Below, in pieces: positions 40,192 through 48,986 of a stretch of 58,375 nt of DNA. The stretch lies in IMG/VR virus record IMGVR_UViG_3300011115_000472, positions 1-58,375 of that record. One strand, written 5' to 3'. The stretch's first letter is position 1; the number at the start of each line of letters is the position of its first letter. Origin of the DNA: a virus (taxonomy: Duplodnaviria > Caudoviricetes). Made by a program: the position numbers and the translations under genes. The notes beneath the pieces are model-generated. The model ran no database searches. It saw nothing but the letters and a program-made list of their open reading frames with translations, and was not told where the DNA came from.

Positions 40192-40596
40192 CTAGAGTTG
40201 CAGTTCCAACTGCCTACTTTGCACAGGGTTCTTTTGCCACCAGCAGATGCGTGTTTTAAGAGCGCTAACGTCCCTCTGGCTAAGATACTGAGTCTTGGCC
40301 TGTTTCGACTTCCTGACGCCATTAAGCTCAAATTCACGCCTTTCCATTGCCCTTACAAAGCTGTTTGCGTCAATTCCAATAAAGCTTGCGTACACAGGAA
40401 AAATTGACTTTGAACTGAAAAAGAATCTCAACGAGTTAATAGCGTTGTTGTTCAAGTTGCAATTGTTTTTGATTTCTTCTTCTGTAGGCTTCATGCACAG
40501 GTCTTCGACGGCCATCGCAATTACACCTGCAATCAAATGTGCCGCACACCTTACTTCTTCTTCTACGCCTTCATGTGTGCTTATTAAATCAATCAT
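40192..40596 (-). CDS. Hypothetical protein
   Basis: 134 aa; ATGA overlap. Confidence 0.7.
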   Translation of the reverse strand: MIDLISTHEGVEEEVRCAAHLIAGVIAMAVEDLCMKPTEEEIKNNCNLNNNAINSLRFFFSSKSIFPVYASFIGIDANSFVRAMERREFELNGVRKSKQAKTQYLSQRDVSALKTRICWWQKNPVQSRQLELQL

Positions 40597-40895
40597 GTGT
40601 TCTTCTCCTCTGTGCGCTGTGGTGGGTGGGTGTAGAGAGCGATTGGCTTATATATGCTTGTTGGCTTTTTCCATCGGAAATATTTATGCCCTACTGCGTT
40701 CTCGCACAAATACGCCACAGGCTCTTGCTCTGTGCGCTGTGGTGCTGGGTAAACATCACGCACAGGTATTCCAGCACGCTCTGTGTTTGCTCTGTGGTTG
40801 TTTGTTTCCATGCCGTTGTGCCACTTACCATCTTGGTAAAACTGCCAACCGCAAGGCTCTTGCTCTGGCTGTGCCAAGGATTCTTTGTCAGTCAT
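40593..40895 (-). CDS. Modular hypothetical protein with EQEP(V/C) repeats
   Basis: LAQPEQEP..PQRTEQEPVAY..LYTHPPQRT. Confidence 0.7.
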   Translation of the reverse strand: MTDKESLAQPEQEPCGWQFYQDGKWHNGMETNNHRANTERAGIPVRDVYPAPQRTEQEPVAYLCENAVGHKYFRWKKPTSIYKPIALYTHPPQRTEEKNT

Positions 40896-41100
40896 TTGGA
40901 ATCCATACAGCGGTGCCGCCAGTAAATTCAAATTCATCAAATTTCAGCCTGATGTACTGCTGTCCCGGCACACCAGCAGATTGGACATAGCCTTGAATTC
41001 CAAAGCTCTTTAGCTCTGTCACCACTACCATGCAAGCACCAAACGTTTCTTTGGTCGGTGTAACCTGCACAATGTCTCCAATTTTTAAATCTTGTGTCAT
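40888..41100 (-). CDS. Hypothetical protein
   Basis: 70 aa; IGDIVQV. Confidence 0.7.
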   Translation of the reverse strand: MTQDLKIGDIVQVTPTKETFGACMVVVTELKSFGIQGYVQSAGVPGQQYIRLKFDEFEFTGGTAVWIPND

Positions 41101-41819
41101 GCTTGTCCCCTTGCTCGGATGTCGTTAATAACATAGTCGTGAAACACAGTGCCTTTGGTTACGTCTCCAACTTTGTGTGCTTTAACCCAACAAGTTTTGC
41201 CCGTTTTTAACCGCCTTAAATGGCCTCTGCGGTCATGTAATCTTGGACTTGCGTGTGTACCACCTTGATGCTCACTTTTAGGCTTAGAGGGTTCTACCAC
41301 CACCGTAGTCCAATCGTAAGTTGGCATCTTTCCATTTTTAATTTTTCGCTGGTTTGTAAATGTAGGCTTGGCAATTGGCTTATGCGACTGCGTTGCCTGA
41401 GACAATGATTCCAACCAGTTGCCACAAAAACCCAGCAACGTCTCCGCCATCTCTTTGGATATTTTTTGACCCTCGTCTACAGGGCCATAACGCAACATAT
41501 CCCCTTCAATTAAATACACCATTGGCGGAAATTTGGTTGGCATCTGGCCTGTCACGCCTTTCCATGTAGAAATAACAATTCCTTCTTCGGGGTCAGTACC
41601 AACCACCATAAAAATGGTGTCATAGGAAACATGACTTTTTGTTTTTCCTCGCCAAACCACAATATTTTTCTCAAATGGTGGGCGGTATTTCATCAATGGT
41701 TCGGTAACAGCATGGCTTCTATCGTCTACATAACCCGATAAATCAAACCATTGAATTTCGGTAGGGTCTATGCCACCATCAAAAGCCATTTTGATAGTTT
41801 CACGAATTAAAGGCGTCAT
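41097..41819 (-). CDS. Hypothetical protein
   Basis: 240 aa; C-terminal HASPRLHDRRGHLR motif. Confidence 0.8.
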   Translation of the reverse strand: MTPLIRETIKMAFDGGIDPTEIQWFDLSGYVDDRSHAVTEPLMKYRPPFEKNIVVWRGKTKSHVSYDTIFMVVGTDPEEGIVISTWKGVTGQMPTKFPPMVYLIEGDMLRYGPVDEGQKISKEMAETLLGFCGNWLESLSQATQSHKPIAKPTFTNQRKIKNGKMPTYDWTTVVVEPSKPKSEHQGGTHASPRLHDRRGHLRRLKTGKTCWVKAHKVGDVTKGTVFHDYVINDIRARGQA

Positions 41820-42073
41820 GCTTGCCCCCTTGCTCGGATTGCTTTAGCCGCCAGTTTTGGTGTGAACCCGCATATTAGGCAACCGCCTTGGTCATTCTGC
41901 GCAAACGGCACAAGCGGCATTACTTCATCAAATATCTTTGCACATGCCTCACGCTCATGCTGTGCTACTAGCTTGGCAAAGCGTTCAAGACAATCCCTCA
42001 AATATTGGCTTTTTTTATCAACAGAAGTAAGGCCAGCCTGTTTAGCCATCTCAATGATTTCATCTTGTGTCAT
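41816..42073 (-). CDS. Hypothetical protein
   Basis: MTQDEIIEMAKQAG..LERFAKLV..EREACA..AIRARG. Confidence 0.75.
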   Translation of the reverse strand: MTQDEIIEMAKQAGLTSVDKKSQYLRDCLERFAKLVAQHEREACAKIFDEVMPLVPFAQNDQGGCLICGFTPKLAAKAIRARGQA

Positions 42074-42288
42074 GCTTGTTGTTCCAATGGAATATCACGC
42101 CATTCGCCATCAAGAATGTTGTTGTGCACAGCATCGGTAATATTTTCAACTTCCCACCATTGCTGGAGGATGCGGACTTTTTTGGGGCTATAGCAAACCT
42201 CTGTGCCGTGACGCTCAGTTACCTTAACATCGTATTGCTCAAACCCATCCACGCGCTCGACAAAGCGCAGTTTTGGTGTCGGTGTCAT
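42070..42288 (-). CDS. Hypothetical protein
   Basis: KLRFVER..ILQQWW..GEWRDIP. Confidence 0.7.
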   Translation of the reverse strand: MTPTPKLRFVERVDGFEQYDVKVTERHGTEVCYSPKKVRILQQWWEVENITDAVHNNILDGEWRDIPLEQQA

Positions 42289-42497
42289 GCTTCCCTCGCT
42301 TTCAGCATTGCGTCTGCCATTTTGTAAGCGACTCCTGCTATTGCATCCATGTCTTCGTAAGCAGACATCAAAAATGGTAGCGCCTTTGCCGCAAAGTAAT
42401 CCCTCAACGACATACCACCCATATCAGTCCTGTGTGGGTTGGGGAATGCTTGTTCTATTTTGTCCATGATTTGTCTCTTTCTCCATCCTGATTGCAT
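42285..42497 (-). CDS. Hypothetical protein
   Basis: GMSLRDYFAAKA..AYKMADAMLKAR, a common phage early-gene pattern. Confidence 0.75.
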   Translation of the reverse strand: MQSGWRKRQIMDKIEQAFPNPHRTDMGGMSLRDYFAAKALPFLMSAYEDMDAIAGVAYKMADAMLKAREA

Positions 42498-42742
42498 TAC
42501 TGCCTTTGCGTTGGTATACGGTTGCGGATGGCGTCGCCCAGCTTCTCAATGTCTACACATTCATCTGCCAGTTTTGCGCACTCTTCACGCTCGATCATGA
42601 TGGCGCGCTTGGTCGTCTCAATGGCCACCGTCATGATCTCCGCCTTTGCAATGGCCAATGAACTATCAAATTCCTGTTGGGTGAAAAACTTCACATGCTC
42701 TTGACCAAGCAATAGCCGTGCGAGTTGACTTGGTTCTTTCAT
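42497..42742 (-). CDS. Hypothetical protein
   Basis: 81 aa; EREECAK. Confidence 0.7.
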   Translation of the reverse strand: MKEPSQLARLLLGQEHVKFFTQQEFDSSLAIAKAEIMTVAIETTKRAIMIEREECAKLADECVDIEKLGDAIRNRIPTQRQ

Positions 42743-42906
42743 TAGGGCCTCCAGATAAATACATCAAGCACAACAACAACAAACGCAATAACCGCAATGA
42801 TCGCCATCAAAATGGCAAACTCAGATGGCTGTTTATGGAACGGGCCTTCGATCACCGGGTGTTCTTCTACGGTGCGCCGAAATACTTTGGTGGTTTGGTT
42901 AAGCAT
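42742..42906 (-). CDS. Small membrane protein
   Basis: MLNQTTKVF..; C-terminal TM ending WRP. Confidence 0.65.
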   Translation of the reverse strand: MLNQTTKVFRRTVEEHPVIEGPFHKQPSEFAILMAIIAVIAFVVVVLDVFIWRP

Positions 42907-43258
42907 GGGTTTCCTCCTTTGCTTTGATGTTTCCAAGTGCAACTTGCTCTTTATACGCGAGTAAAACGTACTCGTCCATGGTGATATCGATAGCGCGCCG
43001 GGTGCCGTCGCTCAATTCACCGTAGCGCATTACTTCACGCAACCCGTAAAACTTAAACAGATTGGCAAACTCACGAGCCCGGTTCCACAGCCCGTTGTTG
43101 TACAGGTCGTAGTAAGCGTTCATAGCCTTACGAAACCGCTCTAGGTGCTTGTTTTTTGAACGGGGGTAGGCTACGGAGCCAGAGCGCGGAATAAGCTCTT
43201 GTAGGGCGTTAATTTCCTCGTTGTAACGGCCCTTGTCGTCCCAGTATGTATCAGACAT
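42899..43258 (-). CDS. Hypothetical protein
   Basis: MSDTYWDDKGRY..YYDLYNNG. Confidence 0.75.
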   Translation of the reverse strand: MSDTYWDDKGRYNEEINALQELIPRSGSVAYPRSKNKHLERFRKAMNAYYDLYNNGLWNRAREFANLFKFYGLREVMRYGELSDGTRRAIDITMDEYVLLAYKEQVALGNIKAKEETHA

Positions 43259-43523
43259 ATTCAACCCCATAAAAATTAGAAAGAATCTTGTTGAGCACAT
43301 GCATTGGCTCAGTGTCGGTGGCACCCACATGGGACATGCGCTTCATGAACGAATAGCACAGGTCGTATGCCTCAGATGCCTCGTCTGTTGTGTTGAGCAC
43401 CGTGGCAATGTTTAAGTTAAGAAAGTTAGCGCAATTGCTAAGGTTTTTTGCACTGGAATACAAGTCCCAGTCTTCGCCAGTTAACTCGAGTTTGATGTTT
43501 TTTGTGATGATTACGTTTTTCAT
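43251..43523 (-). CDS. Hypothetical protein
   Basis: MKNVIITK..DWDLYS..GATDTEP. Confidence 0.7.
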   Translation of the reverse strand: MKNVIITKNIKLELTGEDWDLYSSAKNLSNCANFLNLNIATVLNTTDEASEAYDLCYSFMKRMSHVGATDTEPMHVLNKILSNFYGVEYV

Positions 43524-43524
43524 A

Positions 43525-43782
43525 TTAAGCCTCGTATACGCCAAGTTCACCGGGGTTGATCCACTCGCAAAACAATTTAGACTTGCGCAATGTTTCATCT
43601 ATTTTTGGGTTCACGCCAAAGATCCAATCTTTGTGCACGTCACCGTCGTAGTAGTCAGCCCACCGATAAGACTCTGGATCTTCTGCGCTGATCTGAAACC
43701 GTCCATCCATGTCATCACGGACGTAGACAGGTACCCCCATCTTTTTTAAAGCGTTGTACGCTTTGATGTACATGCGTTTCAT
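43525..43782 (-). CDS. Hypothetical protein
   Basis: 85 aa; FQISAE..EWINPG. Confidence 0.75.
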   Translation of the reverse strand: MKRMYIKAYNALKKMGVPVYVRDDMDGRFQISAEDPESYRWADYYDGDVHKDWIFGVNPKIDETLRKSKLFCEWINPGELGVYEA

Positions 43783-43961
43783 GCTGTTTCCTTTTCTTTG
43801 GCTGGTTTTTTGAAATGGGCGTAACGCTCAGGCCACCACAGATACATCCCAACTTCTGCCACGTCTCCAAACTGCGCGTTGGCGGTGCTGTTGATGACAT
43901 CCAGTGCCAACTTCAAACCTGCATCCAAGCCGCGTGCGTAATCGCTTTTGTTGTTTTCCAT
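43779..43961 (-). CDS. Hypothetical protein
   Basis: 60 aa; RBS AGGAG. Confidence 0.65.
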   Translation of the reverse strand: MENNKSDYARGLDAGLKLALDVINSTANAQFGDVAEVGMYLWWPERYAHFKKPAKEKETA

Positions 43962-43997
43962 GAAGTGCTCCTAGTGGGGGGCCGAAGCCCCGTGGGT

Positions 43998-44288
43998 TTA
44001 GTTGGACAATGGTTCTGTCGTGGCAGACAAAATGTCTTTGGTGATCTTGGTGTGCTTAGCAACCAAATCAGCAGGAGCATTCAACTCCTTGGCCACAGCA
44101 GACCATGCTGTGCTTTTCTTTTCTGGGGTGTGCTTGATGATGGTCACGTACATGGTGCCAGCGTAGGTGCCTGCGCCTAACAATTTGATCTGGTCTTTTA
44201 AAGACTCTGCTTGCTCATTCAAGGCGTCGATCTGGTCTTGGATCAAGCCGAGTTGGTCAACGATCTTGAGGGTGGTGGCTACTGTCAT
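43998..44288 (-). CDS. Hypothetical early protein
   Basis: MTVATTLKIVDQLGLIQDQI..; own promoter; followed by a UUCG hairpin at 43976-43992. Confidence 0.75.
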   Translation of the reverse strand: MTVATTLKIVDQLGLIQDQIDALNEQAESLKDQIKLLGAGTYAGTMYVTIIKHTPEKKSTAWSAVAKELNAPADLVAKHTKITKDILSATTEPLSN

Positions 44289-44331
44289 GATGATTTCCTT
44301 TGAGTTAAACCCGCTTTGTTGCGGTAGAAGA

Positions 44332-44348
44332 ATCATAACAAGAAATTA
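44332..44348 (-). promoter_or_regulatory. Extended -10 promoter TAAT-N4-TGTTATGAT
   Basis: Copy of the consensus upstream of 43998..44288. Confidence 0.7.
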
Positions 44349-44425
44349 GAGTTTCAAACACCCTAAACAGACTATTTTTCTAAGGAAAACCCTAATACGC
44401 CACCCCTGTATGAATACTTGTGTTT

Positions 44426-44701
44426 TCAAATATTGCCGCCAATATATTCTAAGACGTTTTTAATGGTGACATTTAGAGCATCAATCTCATCCATTTTTTT
44501 GAGCTTCCACATCTGGCGTTGGCCATGCCACCCGTTACGTGAGCCTTGGTGGCAGTCTTTGCATAGAGCAACGCATGTGTACTGCCTATGCTGTTTGACG
44601 TGGTGTGCATCGCTTGGGCCTTCGGCGTCGCACACAGCGCAGGGCATAAGTTTCACAAGCCCTACGTATGCGCGCTCCTGCGCGGTCATGGTGTTGTTCA
44701 C
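44426..44701 (-). CDS. HNH-type Zn-binding nuclease (Ref/DUF968-like)
   Basis: PCAVC..DAHH..LCKDCH. Confidence 0.7.
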   Translation of the reverse strand: MNNTMTAQERAYVGLVKLMPCAVCDAEGPSDAHHVKQHRQYTCVALCKDCHQGSRNGWHGQRQMWKLKKMDEIDALNVTIKNVLEYIGGNI

Positions 44702-45036
44702 GCCACTGCCTTATCCATTGTGCGATTGGACGCCTCTAGCGAACGCCAGACGTCTACACGGGCCTGCGCAGATACCAACCCCCACCGATACCCTTCAGAC
44801 TGCTCCACAGCCGTTCTGAGGGACTCTAAGTGCTTGACGTACTTAGCGTCTGCATAGGCTTCCATCTCGGCCACCACGGCTGATTTAGCGCCATCTGCAA
44901 GGGCTTGCTTCATGAGTATGGCCTTGAGTGTCTTGCGGTACTCTTCCATGTACGTCAGTTCAGCCTTTGCTTGGGCGTACTTTTGTCCGTGGGTGTAGAT
45001 GTAATCTACTGCGTCGTTAATTTCTTTTTGACTCAT
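44698..45036 (-). CDS. Hypothetical helical protein of the recombination module
   Basis: 112 aa; EAYAD..VWRSLEASNR. Confidence 0.7.
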   Translation of the reverse strand: MSQKEINDAVDYIYTHGQKYAQAKAELTYMEEYRKTLKAILMKQALADGAKSAVVAEMEAYADAKYVKHLESLRTAVEQSEGYRWGLVSAQARVDVWRSLEASNRTMDKAVA

Positions 45037-45494
45037 GTTCCGTACCTCGCAATTAGTGCCGCATCCGCCAAGGCTTGGCCCTGACCTTTCTTATCCAACT
45101 CGCGCCAATGTGGCCACGTCTGTATGGCCAATGACCGTGACGCATCTTTGTCTTTGTTTGTCAGGTGTGCGCGTGTCTTCCACATCTGTGGGGTGACGTA
45201 GGTCACAGGTATCTCAAACGCACCCAGCACGCCTGCAATGACACCACACGAATGCCCAAAGCTGTACATGCTAGTAACGCCCTGACCGGGTCGAGCACCC
45301 ACAAGCTCTACATATGCGTGGACTTGTCGGTAGCTGTGCCCGTACACGCGAAGCAATGCCGACAATGCAACAGCATTTACGCGGTTATGCGATCCAATCT
45401 TCATGGTGGGCATCAAAGCCCACTCGACGGGCGTGTCGTCTTCTAACATCACGACAGCCCCCTTGATACCGGGGTCAATTCCTATGCGTCTCAT
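45033..45494 (-). CDS. RuvC-like Holliday junction resolvase
   Basis: IGIDPG, YVE, SFG, P..WK and ADAALIA catalytic pattern. Confidence 0.85.
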   Translation of the reverse strand: MRRIGIDPGIKGAVVMLEDDTPVEWALMPTMKIGSHNRVNAVALSALLRVYGHSYRQVHAYVELVGARPGQGVTSMYSFGHSCGVIAGVLGAFEIPVTYVTPQMWKTRAHLTNKDKDASRSLAIQTWPHWRELDKKGQGQALADAALIARYGT

Positions 45495-45775
45495 TTTTTT
45501 CCTTTCAGTTGTATCCAATCACATCTTTGCAAAATAAATCTCGCTGGTATTTGTGGCTTACCCTTGCGATCAACAATTTTGGGACATGTCCCATTTTTGA
45601 CGTCGTACCTCTTGCACTCAAAGCAAAGACGCCTGTCGTCTTGTGGGTCTTCGTCACGGTTGAACAATTTTTCCGCCAAGTCAAAAGCGTCATCCGCCGA
45701 CAAGCCAGCATCTTCAAAAGCTTTGCGCCGTTTGTTGTGCTTGACTATCGCAACATCAAGTTCTTCATCAGTCAT
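45491..45775 (-). CDS. Hypothetical Cys-containing protein
   Basis: DDRRLCFEC..C..LQRC. Confidence 0.7.
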   Translation of the reverse strand: MTDEELDVAIVKHNKRRKAFEDAGLSADDAFDLAEKLFNRDEDPQDDRRLCFECKRYDVKNGTCPKIVDRKGKPQIPARFILQRCDWIQLKGKK

Positions 45776-45808
45776 TTCATTCCTTTACCCACAACATCGT
45801 GGTGATTG

Positions 45809-45825
45809 ACTATAACAGTTTATTA
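45809..45825 (-). promoter_or_regulatory. Extended -10 promoter TAAT-N4-TGTTATAGT
   Basis: Copy of the consensus upstream of 45491..45775. Confidence 0.65.
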
Positions 45826-45837
45826 CAGCAAGAAATT

Positions 45838-45857
45838 AAAAAAAGGGGCCACCCCCC
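45838..45857 (-). terminator. Short terminator-like hairpin
   Basis: GGGG-GGTGG-CCCC followed by T7. Confidence 0.55.
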
Positions 45858-46085
45858 TGTACTCCTTATTACCTTACTAATCCCTGTTTGATTGCTTTCT
45901 GGTGGACAGACTCAGCCCTCCCAGAAAGAGATGAGCCTTCACATGTTTTGCTAACTGGAGCCACATGACCCGACAGCCGTTCGATGTTAGGGCGCTATCT
46001 TCGCCACCCTTGCCTCTATCTCAACATCTATCCCGTAGTAGAGGTGTCCCCGTATCGCTACCGCCAGTGCGCGTCCAATACAGCG

Positions 46086-46192
46086 GTTGTAGTCAAAAAA
46101 AAGCCGTTACTACTGCACTGGGTCGATCCCCCCTTTGAAGGAGGCCAATGCATGAGTAACGGCTTTCAGTTTGTTGTGATCGACTACAACAA
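46086..46192 (-). ncRNA. Structured cis-RNA element B (5' hairpin + long terminator stem, kissing complementarity)
   Basis: UUGUUGU-AGUCGAUC-ACAACAA; AAAGCCGUUACU/AGUAACGGCUUU stem; internal GAUCGAC. Confidence 0.7.
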
Positions 46193-46198
46193 GTTGGA

Positions 46199-47083
46199 TT
46201 ATATGGCCAGTTCTAATTTGTTTGTCAATACCTTTTTGCGAAGATCCATAACTTTTTTTACAACGGCCATCAACCCACGTTTTGCATGTAGGTCGTTGGC
46301 GTCGTGTCCCACCTCGTCGGCCATTGTCCAAGGCAACCCGGTACAAATCGCTGATTTTTCTCCAGTCTTGCTTTCGTCGTTGTCCGCAAAGATGTATCGA
46401 TCGCCTTTGACTTGATCTGCCACCTGCACCATGTTGGATGCAGAAAAGCAAACCACCACCGCGGCATTTAAACCAACGCTACGCAAGGCTTTGTGCAGGG
46501 ATAGACCCGTTGCATACCCCTCGACAAACCAAGCCTCTGTAGCCTCGTTAGAGCCCATGTACAGCACTGCATTCTTGGCGCGCATACCGTAGAGCATTTT
46601 CTTCTCATACTTGCGGTTTGGCTCGTCCCAGTAGATCTCCTGAAATCCCTGCAGTTTGCCCGTCACCACGTTGCGCATAGGCACCAACAACTTCCCATCA
46701 AAAACGTAGGCTTGCATGTCCTGAAAACCTTTGATCTCCAAGTACGGGTGGTTTTCCATCTTGGCCGCACGCATGGTGATGTTTGCACGCTCCGCGGCCA
46801 ACTCGTATGCCCGATCCTTGTCAGAGTTAGCCGTCTGCCGCTTCATAGCCCATTCGCGCTTCTCTTGATCCGTCCATGGCTTGGCATTGGGGTCTTCGTA
46901 CCAAATAACTCTGGCTTCATCCGCCCAGTTCATCACCCAGCCACGCTGGCCATCGTAAAAGAATGCGCCATTGGTTGATCTTGGTTTGTCTACCGTCCCA
47001 CAACGACGAATGCGCTCTGAAGCAAACAGTTTGTTTGGGTCAATTTCTACGCCATGGGCGCGTGCAAAGTTAATGAAACTCAT
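46199..47083 (-). CDS. TOPRIM-domain DNA primase
   Basis: HPYL..KG, LLVPM, VEGYATGLS, FADND, DANDL. Confidence 0.88.
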   Translation of the reverse strand: MSFINFARAHGVEIDPNKLFASERIRRCGTVDKPRSTNGAFFYDGQRGWVMNWADEARVIWYEDPNAKPWTDQEKREWAMKRQTANSDKDRAYELAAERANITMRAAKMENHPYLEIKGFQDMQAYVFDGKLLVPMRNVVTGKLQGFQEIYWDEPNRKYEKKMLYGMRAKNAVLYMGSNEATEAWFVEGYATGLSLHKALRSVGLNAAVVVCFSASNMVQVADQVKGDRYIFADNDESKTGEKSAICTGLPWTMADEVGHDANDLHAKRGLMAVVKKVMDLRKKVLTNKLELAI

Positions 47084-47085
47084 TT

Positions 47086-47466
47086 TTAAATTCCAAACAA
47101 ATCTTTTTGCATTGCAACTGACCCGTCAAAAATCATGCTTTTCCACAAAGTAACTTCTGGCATGTGGTTGTGGGCCTGTTGAGGAATAACTTTTCCTATC
47201 GGCTGTATCCATCCAATAGTGTGTAAAACAGTCACCCCTGAAACCCACACATTGTGGTGAAGGGTCGATGGGCGATACAGTTTTCTGTCAAGGCAATACC
47301 CCCTAAATTCATCACCCATAACATTTGGCTTTTGGGACAACAATTCTTCAGCGCAAATTAAATATTCAACAACAAAATCTGGTTCAACTCTAACTGCTTT
47401 GTCCCAACATTTACCCGCTAAATCTATAGCGTTTTCCATGCGTTCTGTCATATCAATGCGTTTCAT
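47086..47466 (-). CDS. Hypothetical protein
   Basis: 126 aa between helicase and primase; HHNVW. Confidence 0.7.
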   Translation of the reverse strand: MKRIDMTERMENAIDLAGKCWDKAVRVEPDFVVEYLICAEELLSQKPNVMGDEFRGYCLDRKLYRPSTLHHNVWVSGVTVLHTIGWIQPIGKVIPQQAHNHMPEVTLWKSMIFDGSVAMQKDLFGI

Positions 47467-48986
47467 CTCTTCACCGCTTTCTTGTATGCCATGTTCAACT
47501 GCAAAATTTTGTTCTGTACGTTACGCGTGATCTCTACGTTAGGTGACAAACTAAATTGCCAAAGGGGTTCGTAGCCTGCAATCTTCTTGAACAAGTGGTA
47601 CGCACGCCCCTGCTGGCTGGCAGGCTGACTGTGCTCTCTCGCATACCTCACCACCTGATGCCACAAGTGCTCAGCGTTGTCGGCCAGTTTCTTTTTGTTC
47701 TTACCCTCACCAATAAATATCTCGGCCATGATGCCGTGAGCGGCGTCCTCGAGCGCTTTAGCTGGGCGCTCGTAGCCACAACCCATACAGCGTTTATGGA
47801 ATGGCTTGTAGCCACACTTGGGACACCCCTTCGACTCAATTTCCTCGTCTTTGCGAATCTTCTTGTCGAGCTTCTCGCCGTCGTCGAGCTTCTCTAACCC
47901 ATTAAAAAATATGTCTGTGAAATCTTCAGCAAAGCGAATGATGTTGCCGCTGAAGTCCAGCAAATAGCAATCCTTCTTGCCTTCGTGCGAACGCAGGCCA
48001 CGCCCCCACATTTGAATAGCCGTAGACAACGACTTGCGCAGGGGACGGGCATCACACACACAACCCACGTCAGGCACGTCAAAACCCTTTGCAAGCGCCT
48101 CTACAGAGATCAGCACCCGCAGGTAGCTGTCTGGCTTGCGGTACTCCTTTAACAGGTCTTCACGCTCTTTGTCGGTGGTGTTTGAAGTAAACACCGCGGC
48201 CATGACGCCTTGGTCAATAAATGACTTGGCCAACTCTTCACAGTGCTTGATGGTGGCGCCAAACACAATCGTCTTGCGGTTCTCAGCAAACTTCACCCAC
48301 TCTCTGACAACGTCGCCAACGATGCCCATCTCGCGCTCTTCAGCCGCCCTGTCTGTCCATTCACCGCCTGCGGTGGCCGCACCCGTCATGTCGGGCCGTG
48401 TGCACGAGAAAATCCGCATAGGCACCAGCACCCCTGACTCGGTCAGATCGTGCATTGTGGTGGCGTTTATGAGGTTCGTGAAGATGTTGCCTAAGCCTGC
48501 AGAAAAGGGCGTGGCTGATAGACCAATGATGGCCGCGCCACTCTCCATGGCGTAGTCAGTCCACACCTTGTACTGAGTGTGTGCTTCGTCCACCACCAAC
48601 ACGTCTAACTGTGGCCAATACTCACGCTTGGCAATGGTCTGCGCAGACGCAATCTGCAACAGTAGATCGGGCATGCGACGCCAGTGGTTGGCTTGGATTA
48701 CCCCATGCTCTTTGAGCCCGTAGCCGTCGGCCACAGTTGAGGTCTGATTAATCAGTGTGGTGCGGTCACACAGAAAAACGGCACGCTTGCCTTTTTGCAT
48801 GGCTTCGTTGCAAATACGAAGTCCAAGATACGTTTTTCCAGCACCCGTGGGTGCCATGATTAACTGTCGTTTGTGGCCATCTCTGAACCCCTGTCGAAGG
48901 GCGTCGTGGGCGGATAATTGGAACGGTCGTGGTGCTGGAAAAGTAGTTCCATCATCACACCTACTTGGTGCTAGGACTGTGTTCAT
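47463..48986 (-). CDS. Superfamily 2 DEAH helicase with a C-terminal Zn ribbon
   Basis: APTGAGKT, VDEAH, GLSATP, GFDVP, QMWGRGLR; CPKC..CMGC. Confidence 0.93.
   Translation of the reverse strand: MNTVLAPSRCDDGTTFPAPRPFQLSAHDALRQGFRDGHKRQLIMAPTGAGKTYLGLRICNEAMQKGKRAVFLCDRTTLINQTSTVADGYGLKEHGVIQANHWRRMPDLLLQIASAQTIAKREYWPQLDVLVVDEAHTQYKVWTDYAMESGAAIIGLSATPFSAGLGNIFTNLINATTMHDLTESGVLVPMRIFSCTRPDMTGAATAGGEWTDRAAEEREMGIVGDVVREWVKFAENRKTIVFGATIKHCEELAKSFIDQGVMAAVFTSNTTDKEREDLLKEYRKPDSYLRVLISVEALAKGFDVPDVGCVCDARPLRKSLSTAIQMWGRGLRSHEGKKDCYLLDFSGNIIRFAEDFTDIFFNGLEKLDDGEKLDKKIRKDEEIESKGCPKCGYKPFHKRCMGCGYERPAKALEDAAHGIMAEIFIGEGKNKKKLADNAEHLWHQVVRYAREHSQPASQQGRAYHLFKKIAGYEPLWQFSLSPNVEITRNVQNKILQLNMAYKKAVKR

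Noticed and set aside
45984-46451. ORFs 45984..46415(+) and 46110..46451(-)
   Set aside because: They overlap the primase and the structured element, with no RBS or protein-like features
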